Assembly: GCA_965238175.1 (NCBI GenBank)
Contig: CBDEGZ010000003.1
Location: 480,001-544,000 of the forward strand
DNA from: Gammaproteobacteria bacterium
GTDB lineage: Bacteria; Pseudomonadota; Gammaproteobacteria; CAJXQU01
Direction: 5' to 3'
Length of the DNA stretch: 64,000 nt
The notes beneath the pieces are model-generated. The model was not told the DNA's origin. It saw only the letters and a program-made list of their open reading frames with translations, and made no database searches. Numbering within the stretch: the first letter of the stretch is position 1; each line of letters begins with the position of its first letter. A program made the translations under genes and the position numbers. Below, piece after piece: positions 19,363 through 29,446 of the stretch.

Positions 19363-21123
19363 CTATGCAGATCCAAAGAGGGTCTCGGTTTTTCTAAATC
19401 GTTCGAGTGTGAACTCATCTCGACGTAAGCCATCTTCTATTTGTGAACCGGTGATAGGTTTGCTAAATAAGAATCCCTGCATTACATTGATGCCAAGCTG
19501 TTCCACACGTTCTAATTGTTCTATGGTTTCGATTCCTTCAGCAACAATGCGTAAGTTTTTTGCTCGAGAAAATTCAACATACCTTTTGACACGGTCTGCC
19601 GTAGCAGTAGTCTCCATCATGCCATTGATATCGGCTCGATCTATTTTCAGAGTGTTGATAGTGTTGGCTGGAAAGTACTGGAAATAGGACTCACTACTGT
19701 AGCCTGTACCGAAATCATCTAATGCTAATGTGATACCTCTATCAACAAGCGATTGTATGTTGTACTGAGTGATTGCATCATTTTTGTTGACAAGCTGTCT
19801 TTCGGTAATTTCTAGTTCGATTTGTTTTGGATCAATGTCATATTTTTCGAAGACTAAATTTACACGTTCCAGTAGGTAAGGATCCTGTAACTGGCGTGCT
19901 GACAAATTAATAGCCATTACTAATGATGTATATTTTGATTGCCACAATTTTATCTTTCGGCAGGCCTCGTCAAGTACCCATTCGCCAACCTCCAAGATCA
20001 TATCGGAGGATTCTAGTTCATCTATGAAAGCACCGGGTAACATAGGACCTTGTTCAGGGTGAAACCAGCGCAATAATGCTTCCATACCGATAATTCTTCC
20101 TTCTTTTACACCAAAAAGAGGTTGGTAGTGGAGTTCGAATTGCTGTTCCTGCAGAGCTTTTTTCAGATCACTTTCGAGATTGTATTTCCAGATAGCCTCG
20201 CCGGTTAAATTTTCTGTATACAGCTTGTATCGATTACCTCCAGCGTCAGCAGCACGTTTCATTGCGACAGTGGCGGATTTGATCGACTCATGATAACCAT
20301 TGCACTCAGGATAAGTTGCAATACCTACACTCGCGGTCATTTTAAAAGTATGCTCATCAATGATGAACCTGCGAGAAAAAGCGCGGACTATTCGTTCTGC
20401 AAGAAGTGCAACTTCACTGGTCTTCTCCAAGTTTTCAAGAATCACCATGAACTTGTCATCTTCAATATGGGCAATAGTGTCACCTTTGCGTAAACTTTGA
20501 TTAAAGAGTTTTGTGGCTTTGGTAAGAACGGCGTCACTTATTCTTGATCCAAGCTTATCTTTTACAGAATGGAAATCTTTAAGGTGTACCGAGAGTAGGC
20601 CAATAGAGGCTTGACTTCTGTCCGCTCGGTTTATAGCTTGTTCATACCTATCTTTGAAGAGGGTTGCGTTGGGCAATCCAGTTTTTGGTTCATACAGAAG
20701 CTCGGTAGCAGAAACTTCCATATTTCTGCTGCTTGTTGCTTCCATTCTCTTAATCGCGAAGAGTATTTTACTGACGATGTGGTTTGTATCAGTCTCAGAT
20801 TTTATAATTTGATCTTGTAATCCAAATTCGATCGCTTCATTAGCCTTATTTTGGTCCTCTAGATCCGTCAGGCCAATAACGGGAATACCTAGATCATCAA
20901 TTTCTAATTCTAAAATTCTATCAATGCTATCCAGTTGTTTTAAGCCAAAATTTAACAGGACGGCATCATATCTATTTTCTCTGAGGCACTTACTCGCTTT
21001 GGTAAACATAGAAACCCGCTCATATTTAAAAGTATGAGTAGGATGTTTATCCATTAACGCACGAAAATAATCTGCAAAATCGAGATCATCATCGACTAAT
21101 AAAATTTGATATTCCTTTTTCAC
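19363..21123 (-). CDS. REC-GGDEF(degenerate)-EAL c-di-GMP phosphodiesterase
   Basis: Receiver-like N-terminus (LLVDDD); GGDEF position reads EDDKF; EAL domain with EALLRW, INLS, ELEITE, DDFGTGYSS, LKID, AEGIE, QGFLF. Confidence 0.88.
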   Translation of the reverse strand: MKKEYQILLVDDDLDFADYFRALMDKHPTHTFKYERVSMFTKASKCLRENRYDAVLLNFGLKQLDSIDRILELEIDDLGIPVIGLTDLEDQNKANEAIEFGLQDQIIKSETDTNHIVSKILFAIKRMEATSSRNMEVSATELLYEPKTGLPNATLFKDRYEQAINRADRSQASIGLLSVHLKDFHSVKDKLGSRISDAVLTKATKLFNQSLRKGDTIAHIEDDKFMVILENLEKTSEVALLAERIVRAFSRRFIIDEHTFKMTASVGIATYPECNGYHESIKSATVAMKRAADAGGNRYKLYTENLTGEAIWKYNLESDLKKALQEQQFELHYQPLFGVKEGRIIGMEALLRWFHPEQGPMLPGAFIDELESSDMILEVGEWVLDEACRKIKLWQSKYTSLVMAINLSARQLQDPYLLERVNLVFEKYDIDPKQIELEITERQLVNKNDAITQYNIQSLVDRGITLALDDFGTGYSSESYFQYFPANTINTLKIDRADINGMMETTATADRVKRYVEFSRAKNLRIVAEGIETIEQLERVEQLGINVMQGFLFSKPITGSQIEDGLRRDEFTLERFRKTETLFGSA

Positions 21124-21190
21124 CGAGTACCTGCATCACTATTTTGATCAGGTACAATAAATGCGTTTACCTGACCGGTTATACAGGTCT

Positions 21191-21217
21191 ATGTCGGTCT
21201 GTGGTGGAGAAACTTTA
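21191..21217 (-). promoter_or_regulatory. Sigma-28 (FliA)-type promoter
   Basis: Minus strand TAAAGTTT-N11-ACCGACAT versus consensus TAAAGTTT-N11-GCCGATAA, about 70 bp upstream of the EAL gene. Confidence 0.72.
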
Positions 21218-21268
21218 GGAACTACAAGGACTCTCCCTGTGGATCTGAAAGCGTTTTAGGTCGACGTA

Positions 21269-24160
21269 TTACAAAGTTACAATTTCAAGATCCAATTTTT
21301 CGAGATCAGATCGGCTAGTTGGATTACTGACAACAGCAATATTTTCATTTTGTGGTTGTAAATAAACTTCCGCAACACGCTTTAAATCACCTATAGAAAC
21401 ATCAAGAACAGCTTTTCGGTTTTCTTGTCTGAATTCTGGATGACGTCCATGTAACTTGAGTAAATGTGTCTGGATAGCCTCGCCAGCAGGAGAGTTTGGC
21501 CGATCAATTGCACTGATCACCCCAAGAATAGCTTCTTCGAGTTGACGATATTCGTGCTTATTGTCTAACAACCATGTTATTGATTGATCAAAGTCATCTA
21601 ATGTTTCAGCTATACGTGGATCACGATAAGAAAAAAAGCGAAATGTTCCCGTGCCACTATCATAAGATGCACCAGAACCATAAGCACCACCTTTTTCACG
21701 GATAGCAGTGTGTAAATAACCATTGTGCAGAAATCGACTTAATACTGTTAGAGCTACGGCATCAGGATGACTACTTGGAACTGTTGTGTAGGCTTTAGCG
21801 CAGAAATTAACTTGTGTACTAGTAAGCCATCCTTGCTTAGTCGTTTCAGTAGAGAAATGCGGATCAAAACTATCGATTATATTGGTCGTTGATCCTGCCC
21901 AAATCGTTTTTAGATCAGTCTGGATCTGCTTATGATCTTTTTGTTCAGCCACAATTAAAAATTCATTCGCAGTCGCTAGAATTTTTTGATGTATGGAGAT
22001 TAAAACTTCTGTAAATTGATCAATACCTTGATCAGCTGAAAATGCTTCATCAAGCTCAATTAGGTTTTTGATCCCGCGTAGTCCTGTCCATTGGTGTCCA
22101 AGTTTTGCTGATGGACTCAATCCCGAAGCCGCTGCTGACATTGCAAATGATTGTCCGCTGTTAGTTATTGATGCCTCACGGCTGGCTCTGTACTGGGCAA
22201 TAATTTCTTTTAATCGCTCAGCTTCATCAAAACGTGGTTTGGTAAAATGATCGTGTATTACACTGGCAAAATCGTGATGCTTTCGGTTTAAACCGGAGAC
22301 GCTCATTCTGAAAAATGAGTTAATCGTTTGAGCATCTTCGATACTGCCACGGATACTTAATGAAGCATGCACGCCACTACTCACTGAGGACTGTCTAGCT
22401 TGCATCTGCAAATAATCCTGATCACCCGCACCTAACTCAGTTATACAATCCGAATAAAGACTGAGAGCTACAATCTCGGTCTCCGTCATTGCAGGCAATG
22501 GCAAAATAACGCTTTCATAAACTAAGCCATTGGTCGGCTCGTCATAGCAACTGGTTTTGTAGTTTGAAATTTTAAGTGTCTTGTCTACTGGCAGTGGATA
22601 ATCGGTAGGTACATCTTCCAAACCAACCTTAGGCAGAACTTCAGGGTTATCTTCAGCATTTTGCCGCGCTTCAAGCTGCTCGGCTAATTTGATAATTTGC
22701 TGTTTTTCTGACTCGGATAATTTTGATTTCTGATCAATCAGACGTTGTTTTTCTTCCGCTTCTTTTTTTGCAGAAAGACCCGTATCCGGCACCATCATCA
22801 TACGAATACGGTGTGGATTATCCAACAAAGCCTCTTTAATCAATGTTTTAATAAAGTCAGGATCTTTTATTTTTTTCCGTAATTGATTAAGTAATGGATC
22901 AAGATCTAGCGCCGCAATTGGATCACCTTTATGTAAAGCAATCGGTAAGATGTTTCCGGCAAGTCGTAAACCATAACCTGATGGAATTTCACGTTGATCA
23001 AGCTCAAATTGATGCAATACAGATTCAACCATTTCTTGCGATACACCATTGCTAGCAACATCTTCGAAAACGCCTAAAATTAGTTTTTCAATTTCATCAG
23101 CTTTTTCTGGATCGGTACCTTCAACACCACAAATGAAAGCTGCCTCGTGAGATGAATTATCAAGGCCACATAAATCGGAAGGTGCATTTGCCAGATCGGT
23201 TTTTTCTAAAGCTAGGCGTAGTGGAGACGCGCTATTATCCAGTAACACACCACTAAGCAATTGCATATTCATCATTGCTTCCAGATCAATGATCGGACCG
23301 AGTAACCAATGCATCACTAGATGTGTTTTATGTGATGTGTCTTTCTCATCGGTATCGAACGCATAAGGAATAGTAACTCGTTGAGGTTCGGTAAACCGTT
23401 GTTCATTAGGAACCGAAAAATCTAATTCTTTACGATCAAACTTGCTCAAAGCCCAATCGTGAATATTCCGTTGGTGCTCTTCGACCGGAAAATTGCCATA
23501 GGTAATGATCACCGCATTTGATGGGTGATAATGTTCGGCATGAAATTCTTTTAATTGATCGTAGGTAAGATCAGGAATATTGGCTGGCTCGCCACCACTA
23601 TTGTGGTGATAGGTTGTTGTTGGAAATAACGCACTGTTAGATGCTTGCCACAGTTGTGAGACGGGTGAACTCATGGCACCTTTCATTTCGTTAAAAACAA
23701 CACCTTTGAAGACTAAATCAGATTCTGGATCATTAGCTGCTTCGAATTCAACGCGATGCCCTTCCTGGGCAAAATCAAGTGGGTCAAGGCGTGGGAAAAA
23801 TACCGCATCCAGATACACTTCCAACAGGTTATCAAAATCTTTTCGCGATTGGGAAGAGAATGGATAAGCTGTCCAGTCACTACTGGTCATGGCGTTCATA
23901 AACGTATTTAGGGAACGCCGGATCATCATAAAAAATGGATCACGAACCGGAAATTTTTTACTTCCACAAAGTGAGGTATGTTCAAGTATGTGGGCAACCC
24001 CAGTTGAGTCTTGTGGTACGGTCGCAAAACCAATCGAAAAACTATTATTATTGTCGTCGGCATCGACATGGAAATGCCGTGTACCAGTCTTCTTGTGCAC
24101 ATATTCCTGCACTTCAATTTTCAGTGAATCGATTTTTTGTTTTCGGATTAGTTCGAACAT
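21269..24160 (-). CDS. M16C insulinase-family metallopeptidase (presequence protease-like)
   Basis: GVAHILEH (HxxEH), RDPFF, NAMT, GVVFNEMKG, IREKGGAYG, SYRDP. Confidence 0.93.
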   Translation of the reverse strand: MFELIRKQKIDSLKIEVQEYVHKKTGTRHFHVDADDNNNSFSIGFATVPQDSTGVAHILEHTSLCGSKKFPVRDPFFMMIRRSLNTFMNAMTSSDWTAYPFSSQSRKDFDNLLEVYLDAVFFPRLDPLDFAQEGHRVEFEAANDPESDLVFKGVVFNEMKGAMSSPVSQLWQASNSALFPTTTYHHNSGGEPANIPDLTYDQLKEFHAEHYHPSNAVIITYGNFPVEEHQRNIHDWALSKFDRKELDFSVPNEQRFTEPQRVTIPYAFDTDEKDTSHKTHLVMHWLLGPIIDLEAMMNMQLLSGVLLDNSASPLRLALEKTDLANAPSDLCGLDNSSHEAAFICGVEGTDPEKADEIEKLILGVFEDVASNGVSQEMVESVLHQFELDQREIPSGYGLRLAGNILPIALHKGDPIAALDLDPLLNQLRKKIKDPDFIKTLIKEALLDNPHRIRMMMVPDTGLSAKKEAEEKQRLIDQKSKLSESEKQQIIKLAEQLEARQNAEDNPEVLPKVGLEDVPTDYPLPVDKTLKISNYKTSCYDEPTNGLVYESVILPLPAMTETEIVALSLYSDCITELGAGDQDYLQMQARQSSVSSGVHASLSIRGSIEDAQTINSFFRMSVSGLNRKHHDFASVIHDHFTKPRFDEAERLKEIIAQYRASREASITNSGQSFAMSAAASGLSPSAKLGHQWTGLRGIKNLIELDEAFSADQGIDQFTEVLISIHQKILATANEFLIVAEQKDHKQIQTDLKTIWAGSTTNIIDSFDPHFSTETTKQGWLTSTQVNFCAKAYTTVPSSHPDAVALTVLSRFLHNGYLHTAIREKGGAYGSGASYDSGTGTFRFFSYRDPRIAETLDDFDQSITWLLDNKHEYRQLEEAILGVISAIDRPNSPAGEAIQTHLLKLHGRHPEFRQENRKAVLDVSIGDLKRVAEVYLQPQNENIAVVSNPTSRSDLEKLDLEIVTL

Positions 24161-24187
24161 AAGTAGTGTAAAAACCTTTATATAAAA

Positions 24188-25156
<969 letters not shown>

Positions 25157-25168
25157 CTATATGTTGAT

Positions 25169-25456
25169 CTATTTATGTGCGATTGGTTTGTCCGTAAAGA
25201 GATAATCTTTGAGTTCTTTATCCATAGTTGGATCTTGTCTTCTGATCCATTCCAGAACCATTGCTGCGTGTTCTTTTTCTTCATCACGATTGTGTGCGAG
25301 GATCGCTTTTAGCTCTTCGTCTTTACAGGCATCTACTCGCTGGTTATACCAATCCACCGCTTCTAACTCTTCCATCAGTGACGTAATTGCGCGATGCATA
25401 TCCCGCGTTTTATCAGATAGCTCTGAAATAGGTTCGTGATAGCCTTCATTTGACAT
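25169..25456 (-). CDS. Encapsulin-associated ferritin-like protein (EncFtn/Flp type) without a C-terminal targeting peptide
   Basis: HRAITSLMEELEAVDWYNQR and LAHNRDEEKEHAAM motifs; ends at YLFTDKPIAHK; GGAGG SD. Confidence 0.9.
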   Translation of the reverse strand: MSNEGYHEPISELSDKTRDMHRAITSLMEELEAVDWYNQRVDACKDEELKAILAHNRDEEKEHAAMVLEWIRRQDPTMDKELKDYLFTDKPIAHK

Positions 25457-25511
25457 AGAAACCTCCGGATTGTTAGCAGGAATTTATTTAACAAGGGTCA
25501 ATTCCTGAGAT

Positions 25512-25538
25512 AAAAAGGGGCGGTGTAAGACCGCCCCT
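25512..25538 (-). terminator. Rho-independent terminator of peroxiredoxin gene
   Basis: Minus strand AGGGGCGGT-CTTAC-ACCGCCCCT followed by a T tract. Confidence 0.85.
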
Positions 25539-25591
25539 GCGTTTGTTTTAGTAGTAAAAAATATTTACTAATACTGATTACAGATCCTGGT

Positions 25592-26191
25592 TTACAAATT
25601 ATCCGCATTATCAGAAAGATAGTTTGCAACGCCGTCAGCGTCAGGAACCATGCCTTTGTCGCCTTTATTCCAACCTGCTGGACAAACTTCACCATGTTCT
25701 TCAGTGAATTGCAGTGCTTCAACAAGTCGGATCATTTCATCAACATTTCGACCAAGTGGAAGGTTATTGACACTTTGTGATTGAATGATACCTTCTTTAT
25801 CGATCAAAAATGATCCACGCAGAGCTACGCCAGCAGGATGTCGCACATCATATTTTTTCATGATTTTTTGTTTTGTATCAGCAACCAAAGGATATGAAAC
25901 CTGGCCAATACCACCTTTGTTGACGGGTGTTTCACGCCATGCGTGATGAGTGAATTGCGAGTCAATTGATACGCCAATAACTTGAGTGTTTAGCGCTTCG
26001 AACTGTTTTACACGGTGATCATGTGCAATCAATTCTGATGGACATACGAAAGTAAAGTCGAGAGGATAAAAGAATAACACTACATATTGACCACGATAAT
26101 CAGACAGGCTGAAATCCTCTTTTATAGAGCCATCAGGCATGACGGCAGCGGCTGTGAAATTTGGTGCTTTTTTAGTGACGAGTACGCTCAT
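25592..26191 (-). CDS. 2-Cys peroxiredoxin (AhpC/TsaA)
   Basis: FYPLDFTFVCPSE and GEVCPAGW motifs. Confidence 0.95.
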   Translation of the reverse strand: MSVLVTKKAPNFTAAAVMPDGSIKEDFSLSDYRGQYVVLFFYPLDFTFVCPSELIAHDHRVKQFEALNTQVIGVSIDSQFTHHAWRETPVNKGGIGQVSYPLVADTKQKIMKKYDVRHPAGVALRGSFLIDKEGIIQSQSVNNLPLGRNVDEMIRLVEALQFTEEHGEVCPAGWNKGDKGMVPDADGVANYLSDNADNL

Positions 26192-26282
26192 TAGTTTTTC
26201 CTATATCTGTATTATTTTAAAAAAAGGTTATTAACTTTATCTTGGGGTTAATTAAAGTAACCACCATTAGATTTTTTGTAAA

Positions 26283-26319
26283 ATTAATTGTATCTATAGT
26301 TACGATAGAAAATTACTAT
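26283..26319. promoter_or_regulatory. OxyR-type binding site upstream of peroxiredoxin
   Basis: ATTA-N7-CTAT-N7-ATAG-N7-CTAT versus consensus ATAG-N7-CTAT-N7-ATAG-N7-CTAT; three of four tetramers perfect, spacing exact. Confidence 0.75.
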
Positions 26320-26529
26320 ACAGTTCAACCCTATGTGTGAACATCAGTAGTTTAACTGATCCAGAGTAGGTTTTTGAGAACTATATTGAGTATTTTGAAG
26401 AGATCAGTTTTTTGATTATCTATTTAGTCCAATAAATGCTACATGTCGATATGTATTCTAAAAAATCTTTCTACCAGAATAAACAACGCATCTCTATACT
26501 AGGAAGAGTGTATATTAGATAATTCACGC

Positions 26530-27243
26530 ATGACTCTGGCTCTGAAATTCGACGAAGTAAAAAAATCTTATGGTAAGCAAAAAGTGCTAGATGCTATCTC
26601 GCTCGATATTGGCAAGGGAAGTATCGTCGGCCTTATTGGTGAAAATGGTGCTGGTAAAACGACTTTGATCAAATGTATGTTGGATTTTTGTGAACTCCAA
26701 TCAGGTAGCATAGAAATATTTGGAATTGATCATCGAATAACCGGATCCCGTTCACGATTAGCTTTTTTACCAGAGAGATTTACGCCACCTTATTTTGTTA
26801 CCGGTACGGATTTTCTAAAACACATGTCTAGAATGAATCAGATAAAAGTTGATTCAAATGTCTTGGAGAAAACGATGCTTGCATTAGATCTTGATCCGAC
26901 AGCACTTAATAAACTGGTTCATGCATTTTCTAAAGGTATGGCGCAAAAATTGGGTTTGGCCGCAGTTCTTATGAGTGAAAAAGAGTTATTGGTGATGGAT
27001 GAGCCAATGAGCGGGCTTGATCCTAAGGCCCGCATTTTACTAAAACGCCGTTTAGTCGCACTCAAAGAAGAAGATAAAAGTCTGTTCTTCAGTACCCATT
27101 TGCTTGCAGATGTTGAAGAGCTTTGTGATCAGGTCGTCATTCTCCATAAAGGTAAACTGAAATTTGTTGGTAGTTCGCAGGAATGCTGTGAACATTACGA
27201 TGCATCGACATTAGAAGAAGCTTATATTTCCTCGATCTCATAA
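26530..27243 (+). CDS. ABC transporter ATP-binding protein (no adjacent permease)
   Basis: GENGAGKTT, FSKGM, MDEPMSGLDP, STH. Confidence 0.9.
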   Translation: MTLALKFDEVKKSYGKQKVLDAISLDIGKGSIVGLIGENGAGKTTLIKCMLDFCELQSGSIEIFGIDHRITGSRSRLAFLPERFTPPYFVTGTDFLKHMSRMNQIKVDSNVLEKTMLALDLDPTALNKLVHAFSKGMAQKLGLAAVLMSEKELLVMDEPMSGLDPKARILLKRRLVALKEEDKSLFFSTHLLADVEELCDQVVILHKGKLKFVGSSQECCEHYDASTLEEAYISSIS

Positions 27244-27638
27244 TCGTGAGTAATCTCTGCAGTTTTACCGAGCATCAAAGATGCTGAGCAATACTTTTCC
27301 GCAGAAAGTGAAACTGCTCGTTTGACTTGTGATTCTTTAATGTTACGACCACGGACAATGAAGTGTGCATGAATTTTAGTAAACACCTTCGGTATTTCTT
27401 CAGATCGCTCAGAACTTAGCTCAACCTCCACACTAAAGATATCCTGTCGTGCTTTTTTTAGCATAGAAACGATATCAAATTGAGCACAACCACCCATCCC
27501 TAGCAATAACATCTCCATTGGACGTGCGCCCAGGTCACGGCCACCGAATTCTGGCGCCCCATCCATCACAACAGAATGACCGCTCCCAGACTCACCGATA
27601 AATGTCATGTGCTCGACCCATTTAACCCGTGCTTGCAT
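27222..27638 (-). CDS. OsmC family protein (YhfA-like)
   Basis: RPMEMLLLGMGGC and KYCSAS; divergent from crp as yhfA is in many gammaproteobacteria. Confidence 0.9.
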   Translation of the reverse strand: MQARVKWVEHMTFIGESGSGHSVVMDGAPEFGGRDLGARPMEMLLLGMGGCAQFDIVSMLKKARQDIFSVEVELSSERSEEIPKVFTKIHAHFIVRGRNIKESQVKRAVSLSAEKYCSASLMLGKTAEITHDYEIEEI

Positions 27639-27805
27639 TAATTTACTCCTTTTACTACCGTTTTGTTGAGGCCAAGCGTATCATATATTGTCTTATTAGA
27701 AACTGCTTAGAAGGGTATATTTCTTCTTATATAGATATGCTTCTTAACTCTTTTTGGGTTTAGGATGTTAGTCTGAATTGGAACTGTAATTATGGAGGAG
27801 GTAAC

Positions 27806-28447
27806 GTGGTTATCCCTGTTTTCAAAGCACCAGAAACACCTGAATATATCGAGAAACTTCTGGAGCAGTCTCATCGAAAAACGTTTCCTGCGAAAAATAC
27901 GATCTTGCGTCAGGGTGATCCTGCCACTGAATTACTTTATGTTGTTGAGGGATCGGTTTCGGTATTACTGGAAGATGAGAAAGGTCGTGAGATCGTCCTT
28001 GCCTATTTGAATGAAGGCGAGTTTTTTGGTGAACTTGGACTTTTTGAAGACGATATCAAGCGAGTTGCATTTGTTCGAGGGCGTACACCCTGCGAAATAG
28101 CATATATTGCGTATGACAAGGTTAGAGTACTAGCGGAACAGTACCCAGCTCTTCTATTCCGTATCTCCAAACAGTTGTCGACACGTTTGCAAAAAACAAA
28201 TCGAAAAGTCGGCGATCTGGCATTCATGGATGTTTCTGGTCGTGTTGCCCGAACGTTACTCGAACTTTGTAAAGAACCAGATGCAATGACCCACCCGGAT
28301 GGAATGCAGATCCGTATTACTCGTCAGGAACTTGGGCGAATTGTTGGTTGCTCAAGAGAAATGGTCGGTCGTGTATTAAAAGGACTTGAAGAACAAATGC
28401 TCATTACCGTTTCAGGTAAAACGATTGTTGTACTTGGTGTTCGATGA
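27806..28447 (+). CDS. crp: cAMP receptor protein (Crp/Vfr)
   Basis: FGELGLF cNMP pocket, LAFMDVSGR, THPDGMQIRITRQE, GCSREMVGR HTH; GGAGG SD. Confidence 0.95.
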   Translation: MVIPVFKAPETPEYIEKLLEQSHRKTFPAKNTILRQGDPATELLYVVEGSVSVLLEDEKGREIVLAYLNEGEFFGELGLFEDDIKRVAFVRGRTPCEIAYIAYDKVRVLAEQYPALLFRISKQLSTRLQKTNRKVGDLAFMDVSGRVARTLLELCKEPDAMTHPDGMQIRITRQELGRIVGCSREMVGRVLKGLEEQMLITVSGKTIVVLGVR

Positions 28448-28484
28448 ATAAGAAGGTGTGATCAAAAAAGATTCTCTTTCAAAC

Positions 28485-28522
28485 TTGACAATTTTCCTCG
28501 TGAGCAGCAAGATCGCGCGTCC
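28485..28522 (+). promoter_or_regulatory. Sigma-70 tRNA promoter with GC-rich discriminator
   Basis: TTGACA-N17-CAAGAT followed by CGCGCGTCC just upstream of the tRNA. Confidence 0.6.
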
Positions 28523-28537
28523 TGAACGAAATACAAA

Positions 28538-28614
28538 GGCTATGTAGCTCAGCTGGTTAGAGCACATCACTCATAATGATGGGGTCCCTAGTTCGAATCT
28601 AGGCATAGCCACCA
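28538..28614 (+). tRNA. tRNA-Met (CAT), elongator type
   Basis: 77-nt cloverleaf GGCTATG...CATAGCCACCA, anticodon arm CATCA-CTCATAA-TGATG, GTTCGAAT T-loop, encoded CCA; closely resembles E. coli metT. Confidence 0.97.
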
Positions 28615-28720
28615 TATAAATCAATCACTTAGTTACGTTCCTATTTTGACTTGATCCCTAGAGGCTACATTCCTAGTAGCTCATATAAAACTCTTAGTGC
28701 CACTGATAATAATCTAAATC

Positions 28721-28924
28721 TCAACAATACGAGAGACTTATGTCAATAGTGTGTTTGAATATACCAAGAACGATGGCTCCTTACGAGAGATTGATATGTC
28801 GAACTTTGTCTTTGATGCGTTAAAAGATCAATACAAAATGACAGGTGAACAACAATATGTTTTCTATACACAATGTGGCAAACCTTTTCTTTGCTATGTA
28901 GAGTTACCTTATCGTAGAGGGTAG
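28721..28924 (+). pseudogene. Tyrosine recombinase (phage integrase) fragment
   Basis: Start-less frame IRETYVNSVFEYTKNDGSLREIDMSNFVFDALKDQ...YVF...ELPYRR* resembles the integrase TK..S.R.I region and breaks off before the HxxR motif; adjacent to the tRNA 3' end. Confidence 0.65.
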
Positions 28925-29095
28925 ACAACTGTTACTCGAGATTTACAAAAACTGCTCAAACTAAAGAGTGTTTTCTAGAAAAGGTGAGTGGCGTTACACT
29001 CGTTACTATCTTCATATTACCCTTAACTATGTTTAAAGTTTGTTCTAATTCCTAAAAGTTTATAGCGATCTTAAGTTGTTAGGAGTTAGGGTGCT

Positions 29096-29194
29096 TATCC
29101 CTTAGAGAGTATATATTGAAAATATACCTTAGAGAGTATATATTGAAAATATACCTTAGAGAGTATATATTGAAAATATACCTTTAAGAGGATA
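29096..29194. repeat. 27-bp tandem repeat containing four HipB-type operators
   Basis: CCTTAGAGAGTATATATTGAAAATATA x3 exact (29100, 29127, 29154) plus partial; gives TAT(C/A)C-N8-G(G/T)ATA at 29096, 29123, 29150, 29177. Confidence 0.9.
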
Positions 29195-29200
29195 TTAATT

Positions 29201-29446
29201 GTGAAAGTTACGACAACAAAAGCACTAGGAATTATGTTGCGGGATCAACGTAAGCACAAATCTATTACTCAGTCAGTATTATCTAAACGCGCTGGGGGAC
29301 TGAAACAATCTACAGTCTCAAATTTTGAAAACAATCCCAGCTCATCAAGAGTGGACACTCTTTTCAAGTTAGTTAACGCACTAGGGCTTGAAATACAAAT
29401 TGTTGAGAAGCAGGTACCCACCAGACTAGAAGGTGATGAATGGTGA
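29201..29446 (+). CDS. hipB: HipB-type HTH antitoxin
   Basis: XRE HTH (TQSVLSKRAGGLKQSTVSNFENNP), C-terminal Trp, overlaps hipA start. Confidence 0.88.
   Translation: MKVTTTKALGIMLRDQRKHKSITQSVLSKRAGGLKQSTVSNFENNPSSSRVDTLFKLVNALGLEIQIVEKQVPTRLEGDEW

Noticed and set aside
28743-28928. 61-aa minus-strand ORF
   Set aside because: Shadow of the plus-strand integrase fragment.
29100-29184. 27-bp repeats as a CRISPR array
   Set aside because: Units are head-to-tail with no unique spacers and no cas genes; explained by HipB operators.
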